In this document: positions 40,138 to 49,252 of the stretch, piece by piece
Layout of the letters: each line of letters opens with the position of its first letter
How positions within the stretch are numbered: the first letter of the stretch is position 1
Assembly (NCBI GenBank): GCA_965213705.1
Contig: OZ243913.1
Coordinates: 1,504,001-1,568,000, forward strand
Length of the DNA stretch: 64,000 bases
Source of the DNA: Trueperaceae bacterium
GTDB lineage: Bacteria > Deinococcota > Deinococci > Deinococcales > Trueperaceae
Direction of reading: 5' to 3'
The notes under the pieces: model-generated
What the model was told of the DNA's origin: nothing
What the model saw: only the letters and a program-made list of their open reading frames with translations
Databases searched by the model: none
Program-made: the position numbers and the translations under genes

Positions 40138-40410
40138 TTAGAAGCCCACCGCGGCCTCGAGCGAGTCGGGGAGCAGCCAGGCCGCTTTCTGCAGGGCGGC
40201 GCTCTGCGCTTCGGAAAGCGTTTCTCTCGCGCCGCGAAACTCGACGCCGTCCTCTTTGTGCCGACCTTCGAACAGCCACACGAAAGGGTGCTCGTCCGAA
40301 CCGAGTTCGTCGTCTTCGCCCGGAATGGGTGTGGCGGGGTCGAGCCAGGCGCTCAAAACGAACTCGCCGTAGTCCAAAAGGTGCTGCCCTCCGTCGTATC
40401 GCCAGGTCAT
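40138..40410 (-). CDS. Small acidic hypothetical protein (leaderless)
   Basis: TTGCTT-17-TATTAT-7-ATG on the minus strand; 90-aa ORF. Confidence 0.7.
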   Translation of the reverse strand: MTWRYDGGQHLLDYGEFVLSAWLDPATPIPGEDDELGSDEHPFVWLFEGRHKEDGVEFRGARETLSEAQSAALQKAAWLLPDSLEAAVGF

Positions 40411-40428
40411 ACCTTAGATAATAAGGTA
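40411..40428. promoter_or_regulatory. Palindromic operator ACCTTA-GATAA-TAAGGT, copy 1
   Basis: 18-bp identity with 46243-46260; overlaps the -10 element. Confidence 0.75.
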
Positions 40429-40543
40429 AGCCGTCTCAAAAAGCAAGCCCCGTGTGAATTTTTTGGGGTTGTGGCTTGTGTGGCAGCGGTACCGCGATTT
40501 TAGAAATGACTTTCAAGAGCTTCAACTGTAGGGATTGGGACCG

Positions 40544-40722
40544 GCTCGAGCCCGGCGGGGGACGCCCGCTTGACGGTGCGACGGTAGCGCGGCCGTGACC
40601 CTGGACTTAAGCCTAGTCGTGAGCCAGCGGGTGTTTCAGCAGGCCAAAAACCTGCTCGCCGAAGTCGCAGGGTCGTCCGGCCCGCCCGCTTCGTAATCCT
40701 GCGGCGCTTGCCGGGTTTGGGC
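40544..40722 (+). ncRNA. Candidate structured RNA (four-way junction), family unknown
   Basis: 16-bp closing stem plus 11-, 6- and 9-bp stems in which every non-Watson-Crick pair is G-U on the + strand. Confidence 0.45.
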
Positions 40723-40834
40723 ATTGCTGCTTACTGCGCTCGAGTTTCGGTCCTGTTTCGACCGCTGTTTTGACCGCTGTTCCGACCACTGTGTCAACCA
40801 CGTCTCGACTGGGGTATGCGGTTAAACTGAAGAC

Positions 40835-41914
40835 GTGAAGAGTCAAGCTGAGGAAAAACGAGTTGCGCAAAACCTAGTTGCGCAGGGCGAAGCGGCGGAG
40901 CAGCGGACTGCCGAGAACCTGGCACCTGCACCCGTCATCGTCGTCACAGGCGCGACCGGCAACGTTGGCGAGTGGGTGGTGCGCGGCCTGTTAAAGCGCG
41001 GTGCGCGCGTCCGCGTTGCGGTGCGCGACCCCGAGGGGGCCGAAGCGTTGTTCGGCCCCAGGGCTGACTACGTGCGGCTCGAATTCGGCGAAGAAGGAAC
41101 TTACGAACAAGCGTTCGCGGGCGCTCAGGCTTTGTTCCTGATTCGCCCGCCGCAGATTGCGGACGTCGCGCGGAAAATTATTCCGGCGCTAAAAGCGGCC
41201 AAGCTGGCCGGGGTCGAGCGTGTGGTTTTTCTGTCGCTGCAGGGTGCCGAGCGCAACAAGGTGGTGCCGCACCGCCGCGTCGAGGACCACCTCAAAGCGC
41301 ACGGGCCGGCCTGGACTTTTCTGCGGCCCAGTTTTTTTATGCAAAACTTGTCCACCACGCACCGCCGCGACATTGCGGTGCATGACGAGATTTTCGTACC
41401 CGCCGGTGCCGGCCGCACCAGCTTTATCGACGTGCGGGACGTGGCCGCCGTCGCCGTCACCGCGCTCACCGAGCCGGGTCACACCTTTGAAGCCTACGAG
41501 TTGACCGGCGAGGCGTTTGACTACACCCGAGCCGCGCGCATTTTGAGCGCGGTGCTGAACCGACCCATCGCTTACGCCAACCCGTCACCGTGGCGCTTTT
41601 GGCGGCGGATGCGCGGTTACGGTTACCCGGCCGGTTACGTCGGGGTGATGCTCGCGCTCTACACCGCCTGCCGGTTCGGTCTGGCCGCACGCGTCACGCC
41701 CGAAGCCGCACGCTTGCTCGGTCGTGCGCCCCTCTCTTTCGAGCAGTTTGCCCGCGACTACGCCGACTGCTGGCAGAAACCGGCCGCCGTTCCGAGCACG
41801 GGTGAGCCGGAACCTGCTGAGCGGAAGTTTACTGAGTCAGAACCTACTGAGTCAGAACCTACTGAGCCGGCGCACGGCAAGACGGCGTCGGCACCAAAAC
41901 CGGAGGCAACATGA
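40835..41914 (+). CDS. NmrA-family NAD(P)-binding protein
   Basis: VTGATGNVG, LRPSFFMQN, FIDVRDVA; repeat-derived N- and C-terminal extensions. Confidence 0.85.
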   Translation: MKSQAEEKRVAQNLVAQGEAAEQRTAENLAPAPVIVVTGATGNVGEWVVRGLLKRGARVRVAVRDPEGAEALFGPRADYVRLEFGEEGTYEQAFAGAQALFLIRPPQIADVARKIIPALKAAKLAGVERVVFLSLQGAERNKVVPHRRVEDHLKAHGPAWTFLRPSFFMQNLSTTHRRDIAVHDEIFVPAGAGRTSFIDVRDVAAVAVTALTEPGHTFEAYELTGEAFDYTRAARILSAVLNRPIAYANPSPWRFWRRMRGYGYPAGYVGVMLALYTACRFGLAARVTPEAARLLGRAPLSFEQFARDYADCWQKPAAVPSTGEPEPAERKFTESEPTESEPTEPAHGKTASAPKPEAT

Positions 41915-42381
41915 GCTTTATCGGTAACCTCGTCGGCGCCGTGCTGCGTCCCCTGCTCGAGCGCCAAGCCAAAAACCGTTCGTTGGAAGAGTTGGCGGCA
42001 GCCCTCGAGCGCTCTGGGACGGAGGTTAAAAAACGCCTGGAAGCTGCGCCCGACACGCCACGCAACCGGGAGGTCGCCAACCACATCGTCGGGATAGAGC
42101 GCTGGGGTCAGCGCCGTCTCCGGACGGCACTCGGCGAACCGCTCACGTCCGACCCTTACCACGGCTACCGCCTGCCCGAGGACGCCTCTTTGGACGACCT
42201 GAAAAACGCCTACGCCAAAACGAGGTGGGCGACCCTCGAGCTGATAAGCGAGTTGAAAACGCAGCGGGTCGACGCCGCGCGCAAAGTTCGCCACAACGAT
42301 TTGGGCGAGCTGAGCGTCAGGGGTTGGCTCGCCTACCTCGACGGGCACGCGAAGCGCGAAAGCACCCGGCTGAAAGCGTGA
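41911..42381 (+). CDS. DinB-superfamily protein
   Basis: EVANHIVGIE, H..LGELSVRGWL.YL..HA.RE. Confidence 0.65.
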   Translation: MSFIGNLVGAVLRPLLERQAKNRSLEELAAALERSGTEVKKRLEAAPDTPRNREVANHIVGIERWGQRRLRTALGEPLTSDPYHGYRLPEDASLDDLKNAYAKTRWATLELISELKTQRVDAARKVRHNDLGELSVRGWLAYLDGHAKRESTRLKA

Positions 42382-42437
42382 CGTTCCCGGCTATTTGCTC
42401 GAGCTGACGGGTTAGGCCGCACCCTTTTCCAAAAGGC

Positions 42438-42491
42438 TCCGCCGCAGACTCGAACCGCCGCAGACCCAGACCGCCGCAGACTCGGACCGCC
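42438..42491 (+). repeat. 16-bp tandem repeat x3
   Basis: ccgccgcagactcgaa ccgccgcagacccaga ccgccgcagactcgga ccgcc. Confidence 0.8.
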
Positions 42492-42645
42492 TGTCTTTTT
42501 GGCCCGCACCGGTTGGCGGAGCCGGCTCACGTCGCTGAAAAGGCACTCGGCTTCGGCCGGTCTTAAACCGTGCATGACGAACGCCCTCAGCTTGAGCGCT
42601 CTTTCGGGAGACCGGCTGCAAGTTCGGCTCTGCTAGACTGAACCC

Positions 42646-42885
42646 GTGGGCGGTTGGATAGGCAAGGACTTAGACTTAGGCAGCTATTTTTTCTCGGTGC
42701 AAGACCCGACTGTGTGGACCTGGCTCGCCCTGGTAAACAGTGTGCTCGGGCCTTTTTTCGCCCTGCCCGTGCTGTGGAACCCCAAGCTCGGCGCGTTGCG
42801 CAAGCTCGGCTGGATAGGTCTCGGTTTTGCGTTGCCGCCGGTCGCCATGCTCGGCTACTGGCTGTGGGCGCGGCGCTCGAGCTGA
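42646..42885 (+). CDS. Small membrane protein (PLDc N-terminal-like)
   Basis: TAGACT-6-GTG; K.GW....F.LP.V..L.YW pattern. Confidence 0.55.
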   Translation: MGGWIGKDLDLGSYFFSVQDPTVWTWLALVNSVLGPFFALPVLWNPKLGALRKLGWIGLGFALPPVAMLGYWLWARRSS

Positions 42886-42926
42886 TGCCCCGGCCGGACC
42901 CCGGTCGGCGGGCGAAAGAGGCGGGT

Positions 42927-43865
42927 TCAGGTATGCGGGTTCGCGGCGTAGGGTTCTCGGGCCTGGCGTAACGCCTCGACCTGTTCTTGCGTAACGGGTT
43001 CCGAGCCCAAACGCCCAAACGTCTCCGGCCCGCCGTGTTCGTCCGAGCCGCCGGTGACGGGCAACCCGAACAGTTTGGCGAGGAGTGCGAAGTGCCGCCG
43101 CTGCTGTCGGTTCAACCGGTAGTGAAAGACCTCTATACCGTCCAGCCCCATCTCGACGAGTTCGGCCAGGCCGCGCTCGTTCAAAAGTTCCAAGTCGGTC
43201 GCGCGCCGCACGATGGACGGGTGCGCGAGCACCGCGACGCCGCCCAAACTGTGGACAAAACGGATGGTCTCGGCCATGCCCGGCGCGGCGTGCTCGCTTG
43301 TCCAGGCCGTTTCCGCCATAGCGGTGTCGAGCACCTTTGCGGCCTGGGCGGAACTCCCCACCAGACCCTGGCGGGTCAGGGAGTCGCGCAGGGCCAAAAA
43401 GCCGGGGAAGTCCGCGTGGGTCGCCAGCACGTCGTCCAAGTGGAGTTTGTACCCCAACGTCTGCAGAGTCTGGCACACGACCTCCGCCCGCGCGGTAAGA
43501 CGTGCGCGGGTGTTCGTCTCGTGCTCCAACAGCAGTTCGTGGTAAGGGTCGATAAAGTAAGCCAGAATGTCGATGTCCGGCCCGCCGCCGTGCCCGACGT
43601 AGCCCGGCCAGGCCGCGGTCAGTTCGGTGGCGGGGATGAGTTCCAAGTCCAGTTCACGCGCCAGGCTCGCGCCTTCGCGGCTCGCTCGAGCCGTTTCGTG
43701 GTCGGTAATCGCCACGGTCTGCAGCCCTTTTCGCTTGGCCCCAGTGAGGAGTTCCAAAGGCGACGAACGCCCGTCGGAGTAAAAAGTGTGCGTGTGCAGG
43801 TCGACCGGATGACGTTCGGTGTCCGACGGTTGGGGTTTTGAGGACGAAGCTCTGCGTTTGAACAT
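42927..43865 (-). CDS. PHP domain phosphoesterase
   Basis: DLHTHT..SDG, AITDH, VLAHP, GLDGIE, TGGSDEHG. Confidence 0.9.
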   Translation of the reverse strand: MFKRRASSSKPQPSDTERHPVDLHTHTFYSDGRSSPLELLTGAKRKGLQTVAITDHETARASREGASLARELDLELIPATELTAAWPGYVGHGGGPDIDILAYFIDPYHELLLEHETNTRARLTARAEVVCQTLQTLGYKLHLDDVLATHADFPGFLALRDSLTRQGLVGSSAQAAKVLDTAMAETAWTSEHAAPGMAETIRFVHSLGGVAVLAHPSIVRRATDLELLNERGLAELVEMGLDGIEVFHYRLNRQQRRHFALLAKLFGLPVTGGSDEHGGPETFGRLGSEPVTQEQVEALRQAREPYAANPHT

Positions 43866-43951
43866 CGGGCTCGAGCATACTTTACGGCTTGGACCCTGAC
43901 CGTGTTCTGGGCGGGTTCGTGTTGAGCGGGTTCAATCTGTTAGCATCGCGC

Positions 43952-44770
43952 ATGACTATAGGACTCGTTTTAAGCGGCGGCGGCAGTCGCTGTCTCGCGC
44001 ACATCGGGGTACTCAAGGCTTTGGAAGAGCGCGGCGTCGGCTTGGACGCCATCTCGGCCTGTTCGACGGGCGCGTTCGTGGCCGCGCTCGCCGCGGCCGG
44101 ACACGGTTCGGCCGCCATCCAGGACATCCTGAGCGCTAACCTGTTCAGCGTGATAAGTCTCAGCAAAGACAGCGGTCTGGCCGACCAGGACGCCATCGCG
44201 GCGCTGCTCCAGGAACACCTGCCCGCGCGCTTCGAAGACTTGAAGCTGCCGCTGGCGGTCGTCGCCGCCGACATTCAAAACGGCGAGTCGCTCGTCCTCA
44301 GGAAAGGCGCACTCGTCCCGGCACTGTGCGCCAGCAACGCTTTTCCGGGGCTGTTCGACGCGGTCGAACTGGGGGGCCGCTTTCTCATCGACGGAGGCAT
44401 CTTGAACAACGTGCCGGTCGACGTCATCAAGGTGTTGACGACCTCGCCCGTGCTCGCCGTCGACGTCAGCCAGCCGAAGACGGAACGGGTGGACTTGGGC
44501 GACAAAAAAGAGGGCTTGCTCCACCGACTCGCCGGCGCCGTGACGCAACAGGTGACCCTGCCGGTCGCCATGCTGCGCAAGTCCTACATCGTCGCGCAGA
44601 GTTTTATCACCGAGGTTCGCTTGACGATGCACCCGCCCGACCTGCTGGTTTGCCCCGACTTGGGCGATTTCGGCATTTTCGACTTCGGCGACATCGACCG
44701 GGCGGTGGCGGTCGGCTACCAGGCCACGCTGGCGGCGCTGGCTCAGGAAGGCTACAAGCTCGAGCGCTAA
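43952..44770 (+). CDS. Patatin-like phospholipase
   Basis: LSGGGSR..AHIGV, ACSTG nucleophile variant, DGG. Confidence 0.85.
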   Translation: MTIGLVLSGGGSRCLAHIGVLKALEERGVGLDAISACSTGAFVAALAAAGHGSAAIQDILSANLFSVISLSKDSGLADQDAIAALLQEHLPARFEDLKLPLAVVAADIQNGESLVLRKGALVPALCASNAFPGLFDAVELGGRFLIDGGILNNVPVDVIKVLTTSPVLAVDVSQPKTERVDLGDKKEGLLHRLAGAVTQQVTLPVAMLRKSYIVAQSFITEVRLTMHPPDLLVCPDLGDFGIFDFGDIDRAVAVGYQATLAALAQEGYKLER

Positions 44771-44964
44771 GTATCTCCGTGGTAAATTTGCTCCTGCAAA
44801 TTCACCCGAGTGGAGCGAGTACGGATAGACCGACTGAGCATTCTGCAAAGTCACCCTAGATTAGCTTAAAGCTCACCAGACCTCTTTTACAAATCCAGTT
44901 GCAACGCTGGTTGCCAGTCTTGTTGCTCAGTTGACACGGGTTGAGGGCGGTTTACTCGGCTTCG

Positions 44965-45504
44965 TTACCGCCGCGTTTTCTCAGCGGCGTCGGGGACGAA
45001 GCCTCGCGATTCACCCCTGGCGATGGAAAGTGTCTGCCAGTCGGCACCCTTAAGGTGTTTCGCCAGCAGCACGATTTGGCCGACGTGTTGGGCGTAGTGG
45101 GCGGTCTGCCGCGACAGCGCCTCGAGCACGGTGTGTTTTTGCCCGCGAATCCTCACGGTTTGCAACAGGTGTTCCGGCGTGAGTTCGTGCAGGGTTGTAA
45201 ACAGCGCCGCCCAACCCGCTTCCCAAACCTGCATCAGCTCGGCGGGTCCAAGGTCGTCGACGAACTCTTCGTCGCGCTGCCGGTCGGGTTTCTCGCCGTC
45301 ACTCGTCAAAAAGTCGCGCCAGCGTGAACGCATGTTGCCCGACAAGTGCTTGACGATGACGGCGACGGAATTGCCTTCCGGGTCGAGTTGCCGGTGAAAG
45401 TCCGCGGGCTCGAGCTGCGCCAGTGCTTTTTCGGCTAAACGTTTTTGGCCGCGAAAAGTCGCCGCGGCCGTCTCCAAATAGTGCTGTTCCAACGACTGAG
45501 GCAT
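44965..45504 (-). CDS. DUF1572 / DinB-family protein
   Basis: NSVAVIVKHLSGNMRSRW.DFLT.DGEK..R.RDEEF, HY..HVGQI. Confidence 0.85.
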   Translation of the reverse strand: MPQSLEQHYLETAAATFRGQKRLAEKALAQLEPADFHRQLDPEGNSVAVIVKHLSGNMRSRWRDFLTSDGEKPDRQRDEEFVDDLGPAELMQVWEAGWAALFTTLHELTPEHLLQTVRIRGQKHTVLEALSRQTAHYAQHVGQIVLLAKHLKGADWQTLSIARGESRGFVPDAAEKTRR

Positions 45505-45572
45505 AGACAAAAGTGTACACGAACATGTTGGCGCGGCGACCCTTTGCTAAAAACTTGGCCTGAGTCTTGGGT

Positions 45573-46217
45573 TCAGGCCGCTTCTCTGAACAGCTCGTCC
45601 ACGACCGCGCCGCGCAAAAGCGCGTCGTAAACGCCCGCTATGTACACGTCCGTCAGGTCGACTTCGATAGGGGCGTACGCGCGGTTGTGCGGTCTGAGCG
45701 AAGCGGTGCCGTCGGGGTGCAAGTCCAGGTATTTCAAGGTGGTTTCGTCTTCGTGTCTTACCGCGCAGATGTCGCCGTTTCGGTAGGGCGCTTTTTTCAG
45801 GATGACGACGTCCCCGTCTTGGATGGGCTCGCTCATTGAGTCGCCTTTGACCCGCAGGGCGAAGCGGTCTTCGCGGCCCGGCACGTTTAAGAAGCCTTCT
45901 AAGTGCTCGACCGCCTCGTGCAGACCGCCGGCGGCGATGCTGCCCAGCAGCGGGACGCCCTGCTGCAGGGTGCCGTCGTCGCCAAGGGTCAGGTTGCCGT
46001 ACTCAAACAGCCGGATGATGGGCGGTTTGCCCCGGCCTTGCGTTTGAAACGTCAGGTAGCCTTTGGTGTCAAGGGCTTCCAAGTGCTGCTTCAGCGACAC
46101 GTAGTGCATGCCCACCGCTTTGGCGACGTCGTTTAGGTTCGGTTGCCCGCCGCGCTCTCGCCACTGCTTTTTGAGCAGCGTCAACACGCGCTGCTGTGGT
46201 TGGGTCAGTTCAATCAC
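45573..46217 (-). CDS. lexA: LexA-family repressor (S24 autopeptidase)
   Basis: LTQPQQRVL winged-helix N-terminus, VPLLGSIAAG Ala-Gly cleavage site, VKGDSM catalytic Ser, TLK catalytic Lys; GTG 46217 with AAGGGG RBS. Confidence 0.8.
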   Translation of the reverse strand: MIELTQPQQRVLTLLKKQWRERGGQPNLNDVAKAVGMHYVSLKQHLEALDTKGYLTFQTQGRGKPPIIRLFEYGNLTLGDDGTLQQGVPLLGSIAAGGLHEAVEHLEGFLNVPGREDRFALRVKGDSMSEPIQDGDVVILKKAPYRNGDICAVRHEDETTLKYLDLHPDGTASLRPHNRAYAPIEVDLTDVYIAGVYDALLRGAVVDELFREAA

Positions 46218-46242
46218 AGATTCATCCCCTTTGTCAAGAGAC

Positions 46243-46260
46243 ACCTTAGATAATAAGGTA
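46243..46260. promoter_or_regulatory. Palindromic operator ACCTTA-GATAA-TAAGGT, copy 2 (lexA/SRAP intergenic)
   Basis: Overlaps TTGTCA-17-TAAGGT (+) and lies just downstream of TTGACT-18-TACTCT (-). Confidence 0.75.
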
Positions 46261-46337
46261 TTGTTACAGAGTAAGACGAACCCCGTGCGCAAGTCAAGCG
46301 CAAGACTTTACAAGTGGGAGTTTACCGGGAGGTTTTT

Positions 46338-46988
46338 ATGTGCGGTCGCTACGCGGCGAAGTGGGAGCCGGCCGAGTTTCAAAACGTGTTCGGCGTTCAG
46401 CCACCCTTGTTCGAGAGCTACAACGTAGCGCCGACGCAGTACGCGCCCGTCGTGTTGCGTCGAGGCGAGCGGGAAGTGGTGTTCGCCCGCTGGGGGCTCG
46501 TTCCTCGTTGGGTCGACAAACCGCTCGACTTTAGGGCGAACCTGTGCAACGCTCGAGCCGAAACCCTGCCAGAAAAAGCAAGTTTCAAGCGCCCGTTCAA
46601 GTCTCAGCGCTGCTTGGTCCCGGCCTCGGGCTTTTACGAGTGGCGGAAAGTCGGGGCAGCCAAGCAACCCTTCTACATCCGTTTGGAAGGCGCTGCGCCT
46701 CTGGCCTTTGCAGGTCTTTACGACCACTGGCAAAAAGACGACCAGAGCTTTTACTCTTACACCGTCATCACGACCTCACCCAACGCGTTTATGCAAAACA
46801 TTCACGACAGGATGCCGGTCGTCTTGGCGCCCGAGCACTTCGGGACCTGGCTGGGCGAGGACGGCGACCCAGGGGACTTGGAGGCCCTGCTCAGACCTTA
46901 CGAGGGTAACCTGGAGGCTTACGAAGTCGACAAAAGGGTCGGCAAAGTCAGGGAAAACGACGAACACCTGCTCGAGCCTGTAATCTAA
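46338..46988 (+). CDS. SRAP family abasic-site processing protein (YedK/HMCES)
   Basis: MCGRY N-terminus, YNVAPT, WGLVP, NARAET, RCLVPASGFYEW, IHDRMPV. Confidence 0.95.
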   Translation: MCGRYAAKWEPAEFQNVFGVQPPLFESYNVAPTQYAPVVLRRGEREVVFARWGLVPRWVDKPLDFRANLCNARAETLPEKASFKRPFKSQRCLVPASGFYEWRKVGAAKQPFYIRLEGAAPLAFAGLYDHWQKDDQSFYSYTVITTSPNAFMQNIHDRMPVVLAPEHFGTWLGEDGDPGDLEALLRPYEGNLEAYEVDKRVGKVRENDEHLLEPVI

Positions 46989-47062
46989 AGAAGCGCTCGC
47001 GCCGCCCGTCTAGAACACGCGCGGCGACGGCGGGCTAAACTGGTCTCAAAGGGGGGTGGCGA

Positions 47063-48067
47063 ATGGTTTCGACCACACACAGGACAAGTCAACAGGGGTT
47101 TGGCCGGGCGGCCTCGGGTGAAGTAGCCGAGGGCGTCGTTCGGGTTCCCACCGTTTTTGTAAACGCGTACCTGGTCGACGCGCCCGGCGGAGCCTGGGTG
47201 CTGGTGGACACGGGCCTGCCCGGTTTCGCTTGGCGCGTGCGTCAGGCCGCGGCCGCGCGTTACGGGGCGGGGTCGCGGCCGGCGGCCATTCTCCTTACCC
47301 ACGGCCATTTCGACCACGCGGGCTCGGCTTTGGAGCTGGCTAAAAGCTGGGACGTACCCGTTTACGCCCACAAGCTCGAGCTGCCTTACCTGACCGGGCG
47401 CTCCGACTACCCGCCGCAAGACCCCACGGTCGGCGGCGCTATCGCGCAGATGTCGCGGGTTTTTCCGCACCACGGTTACGACTTCGGGCGCTACGTGCGC
47501 GCGCTGCCGGAGGACGGCCGCGTACCCGCCCTGCCGAAGTGGCGCTGGCTGCACACGCCGGGCCACACACCCGGTCACGTTTCGCTGTGGCGCGCTGCGG
47601 ACCGCACGCTGCTGGCGGGCGACGCGTTTGCAACCATGAACTTAGACTCGTGGGTGTCGCAAGTAACGCACGAGCGCGAGCTGAGCCGCCCGCCGGCCCC
47701 CTTCACCCCCGACTGGGCCGCGGCGCGGCGGTCGGTCGAGGTGCTCGCGGCCCTGGTGCCTGCACGCGTCGCCGCCGGGCACGGCCGGTCGTTGGCCGGG
47801 CCGGCGTTGGCGGCGCGGTTGAAGGGTTTTGCCGCCCGCTTCGTGCCCCCGCCGCACGGTCGCTACGTGGGCCGTCCGGCGCGTGCCGACGCGAGCGGCA
47901 CGGTCGCGCTGCCCCCGCCGGTCGCCGACCCCGTGCTCGGCAAAGCTGCCGCGGTCGTGGGTGGTTTGGGGTTGGTGGGGTTGGCCGTGGGGGTGTACGC
48001 CCTGTCGCGCCGTAGCGACGGCGTTTCAAAGGATACCTCTGCAAACTTCAGCGGGTCGAGCTTGTGA
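47063..48067 (+). CDS. MBL-fold metallo-hydrolase with C-terminal TM anchor
   Basis: THGHFDHAG, TPGHTPGH, AGDA. Confidence 0.9.
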   Translation: MVSTTHRTSQQGFGRAASGEVAEGVVRVPTVFVNAYLVDAPGGAWVLVDTGLPGFAWRVRQAAAARYGAGSRPAAILLTHGHFDHAGSALELAKSWDVPVYAHKLELPYLTGRSDYPPQDPTVGGAIAQMSRVFPHHGYDFGRYVRALPEDGRVPALPKWRWLHTPGHTPGHVSLWRAADRTLLAGDAFATMNLDSWVSQVTHERELSRPPAPFTPDWAAARRSVEVLAALVPARVAAGHGRSLAGPALAARLKGFAARFVPPPHGRYVGRPARADASGTVALPPPVADPVLGKAAAVVGGLGLVGLAVGVYALSRRSDGVSKDTSANFSGSSL

Positions 48068-48359
48068 GGCGGCCTGTTGCGCTCAGCGCAGAAGAATTCT
48101 TTCGTGACCGGCTGCGCAAGTTCGGCACGACACGAGCCGACGTTTGTTTCTAAGGTCGAGCGGGTGAACGTGCCCACGCGCCTCTCGAGACCGTGCGGAT
48201 TCCGGCGGTCGGGGTGCTCGAGCCGCGTGAGGCACGCTAAAACGTGCTCCAGTGCGCAGAGTGTAGCAGTCGTTCCGGCCTACATTGGCTGTTGGGTACG
48301 TGGAGTAGGTTACACTCGGAAGGTTCGGTAACCTACAACTAGCAACGAAAGGGGAGACT

Positions 48360-48872
48360 GTGGACCAGGAGACTCGGCAAACGCCACCCTTCAGCGAGGT
48401 GAACGCTCAAGGCGGCAGCAAGGTGTCGGCGCAGGGGGCAACGAACAAAGTCGCAGCCGACGCGCGGCACACGGCGGAAGAAGTGTTCGGCGAGGCCAAA
48501 GCGCAACTCAAAGACGTCGGCGCAACCTTACAAGAACAAGCGCTCGGCGTGTTCGAACGGCACCGCGGCGACGTCGCCGGACAAATCGACGACCTCACGC
48601 AAACGTTGCGCCGCAGCGGCGAGGAACTGCGCCAGCAAAAGCTTGGCAACATCGCGCACTACGCCGACAGCGCGGCCGACGCGGTCGGCGACGTGACGAC
48701 TTACTTGCGCGAGCGCGACGGCGCGGCCATGCTTCACGACCTGGAGCGGGCCGCCAAACAGCAACCTCTCCTTTTGTACGGAGGCCTGTTCGCCCTGGGG
48801 GCAGCGGGCGTGTGGTTTTTCAAGAACTCTAGTCAACTAGAGGCTACAGTTCCCCGGGAGGTTGTACCATGA
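48360..48872 (+). CDS. Hypothetical helical protein with C-terminal membrane anchor
   Basis: Amphipathic helical repeats, LE..A.QQP...G..FA.G tail; GGGGAG RBS. Confidence 0.7.
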   Translation: MDQETRQTPPFSEVNAQGGSKVSAQGATNKVAADARHTAEEVFGEAKAQLKDVGATLQEQALGVFERHRGDVAGQIDDLTQTLRRSGEELRQQKLGNIAHYADSAADAVGDVTTYLRERDGAAMLHDLERAAKQQPLLLYGGLFALGAAGVWFFKNSSQLEATVPREVVP

Positions 48873-49252
48873 CCGATGACAAACGTTCTTTAGGTGACAT
48901 CGTCGGCGACGTGACGAGCGAGTTCGGCACGCTCGTCCGTGAGGAAATAGCCCTCGCCAAGGCCGAAGTCCAGCAAACGCTTTCCCAAGCGGTCGGCGAC
49001 GTCGTCGCCATCGTTCTGGGTGGGTTCGTCGCTTACACAGGCTTGTTGGTGCTCATTGCGGCGGCCGTCCTGGGTCTGGCGACGGTGGTTGCGCCGTGGT
49101 TGTCCGCGCTCCTCATCGGCATCGTCTTGGCACTTGTCGGCGCGATTCTGCTGCGCCGCGGCATCAAAGACCTCGGCAACCTGTCAGGCGCACCCAGAAC
49201 GGCGGAAACCCTCAAAAGAGACGCCGCGATGGTGAAAGAGAAACTGCCGTGA
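48869..49252 (+). CDS. YhjD-like / phage-holin-superfamily membrane protein
   Basis: SLGD.V......LVREE..LAKAE, two TM helices, P.T.ETLK.D. Confidence 0.8.
   Translation: MTDDKRSLGDIVGDVTSEFGTLVREEIALAKAEVQQTLSQAVGDVVAIVLGGFVAYTGLLVLIAAAVLGLATVVAPWLSALLIGIVLALVGAILLRRGIKDLGNLSGAPRTAETLKRDAAMVKEKLP

Noticed and set aside
42438..42491. CRISPR-like repeat array
   Set aside because: 16-bp units are directly tandem with no unique spacers, and no cas genes are in the window; the same applies to the repeats at 17800 and 25558
46264..46280. Deinococcus RDRM (DdrO box) upstream of SRAP
   Set aside because: TTACAGAGTAAGACGAA has TT...AA ends but lacks the conserved inner G and C positions
48869..49252. 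Phage lysis holin
   Set aside because: Lies in a common chromosomal trio with a DUF3618 gene; no endolysin or phage context
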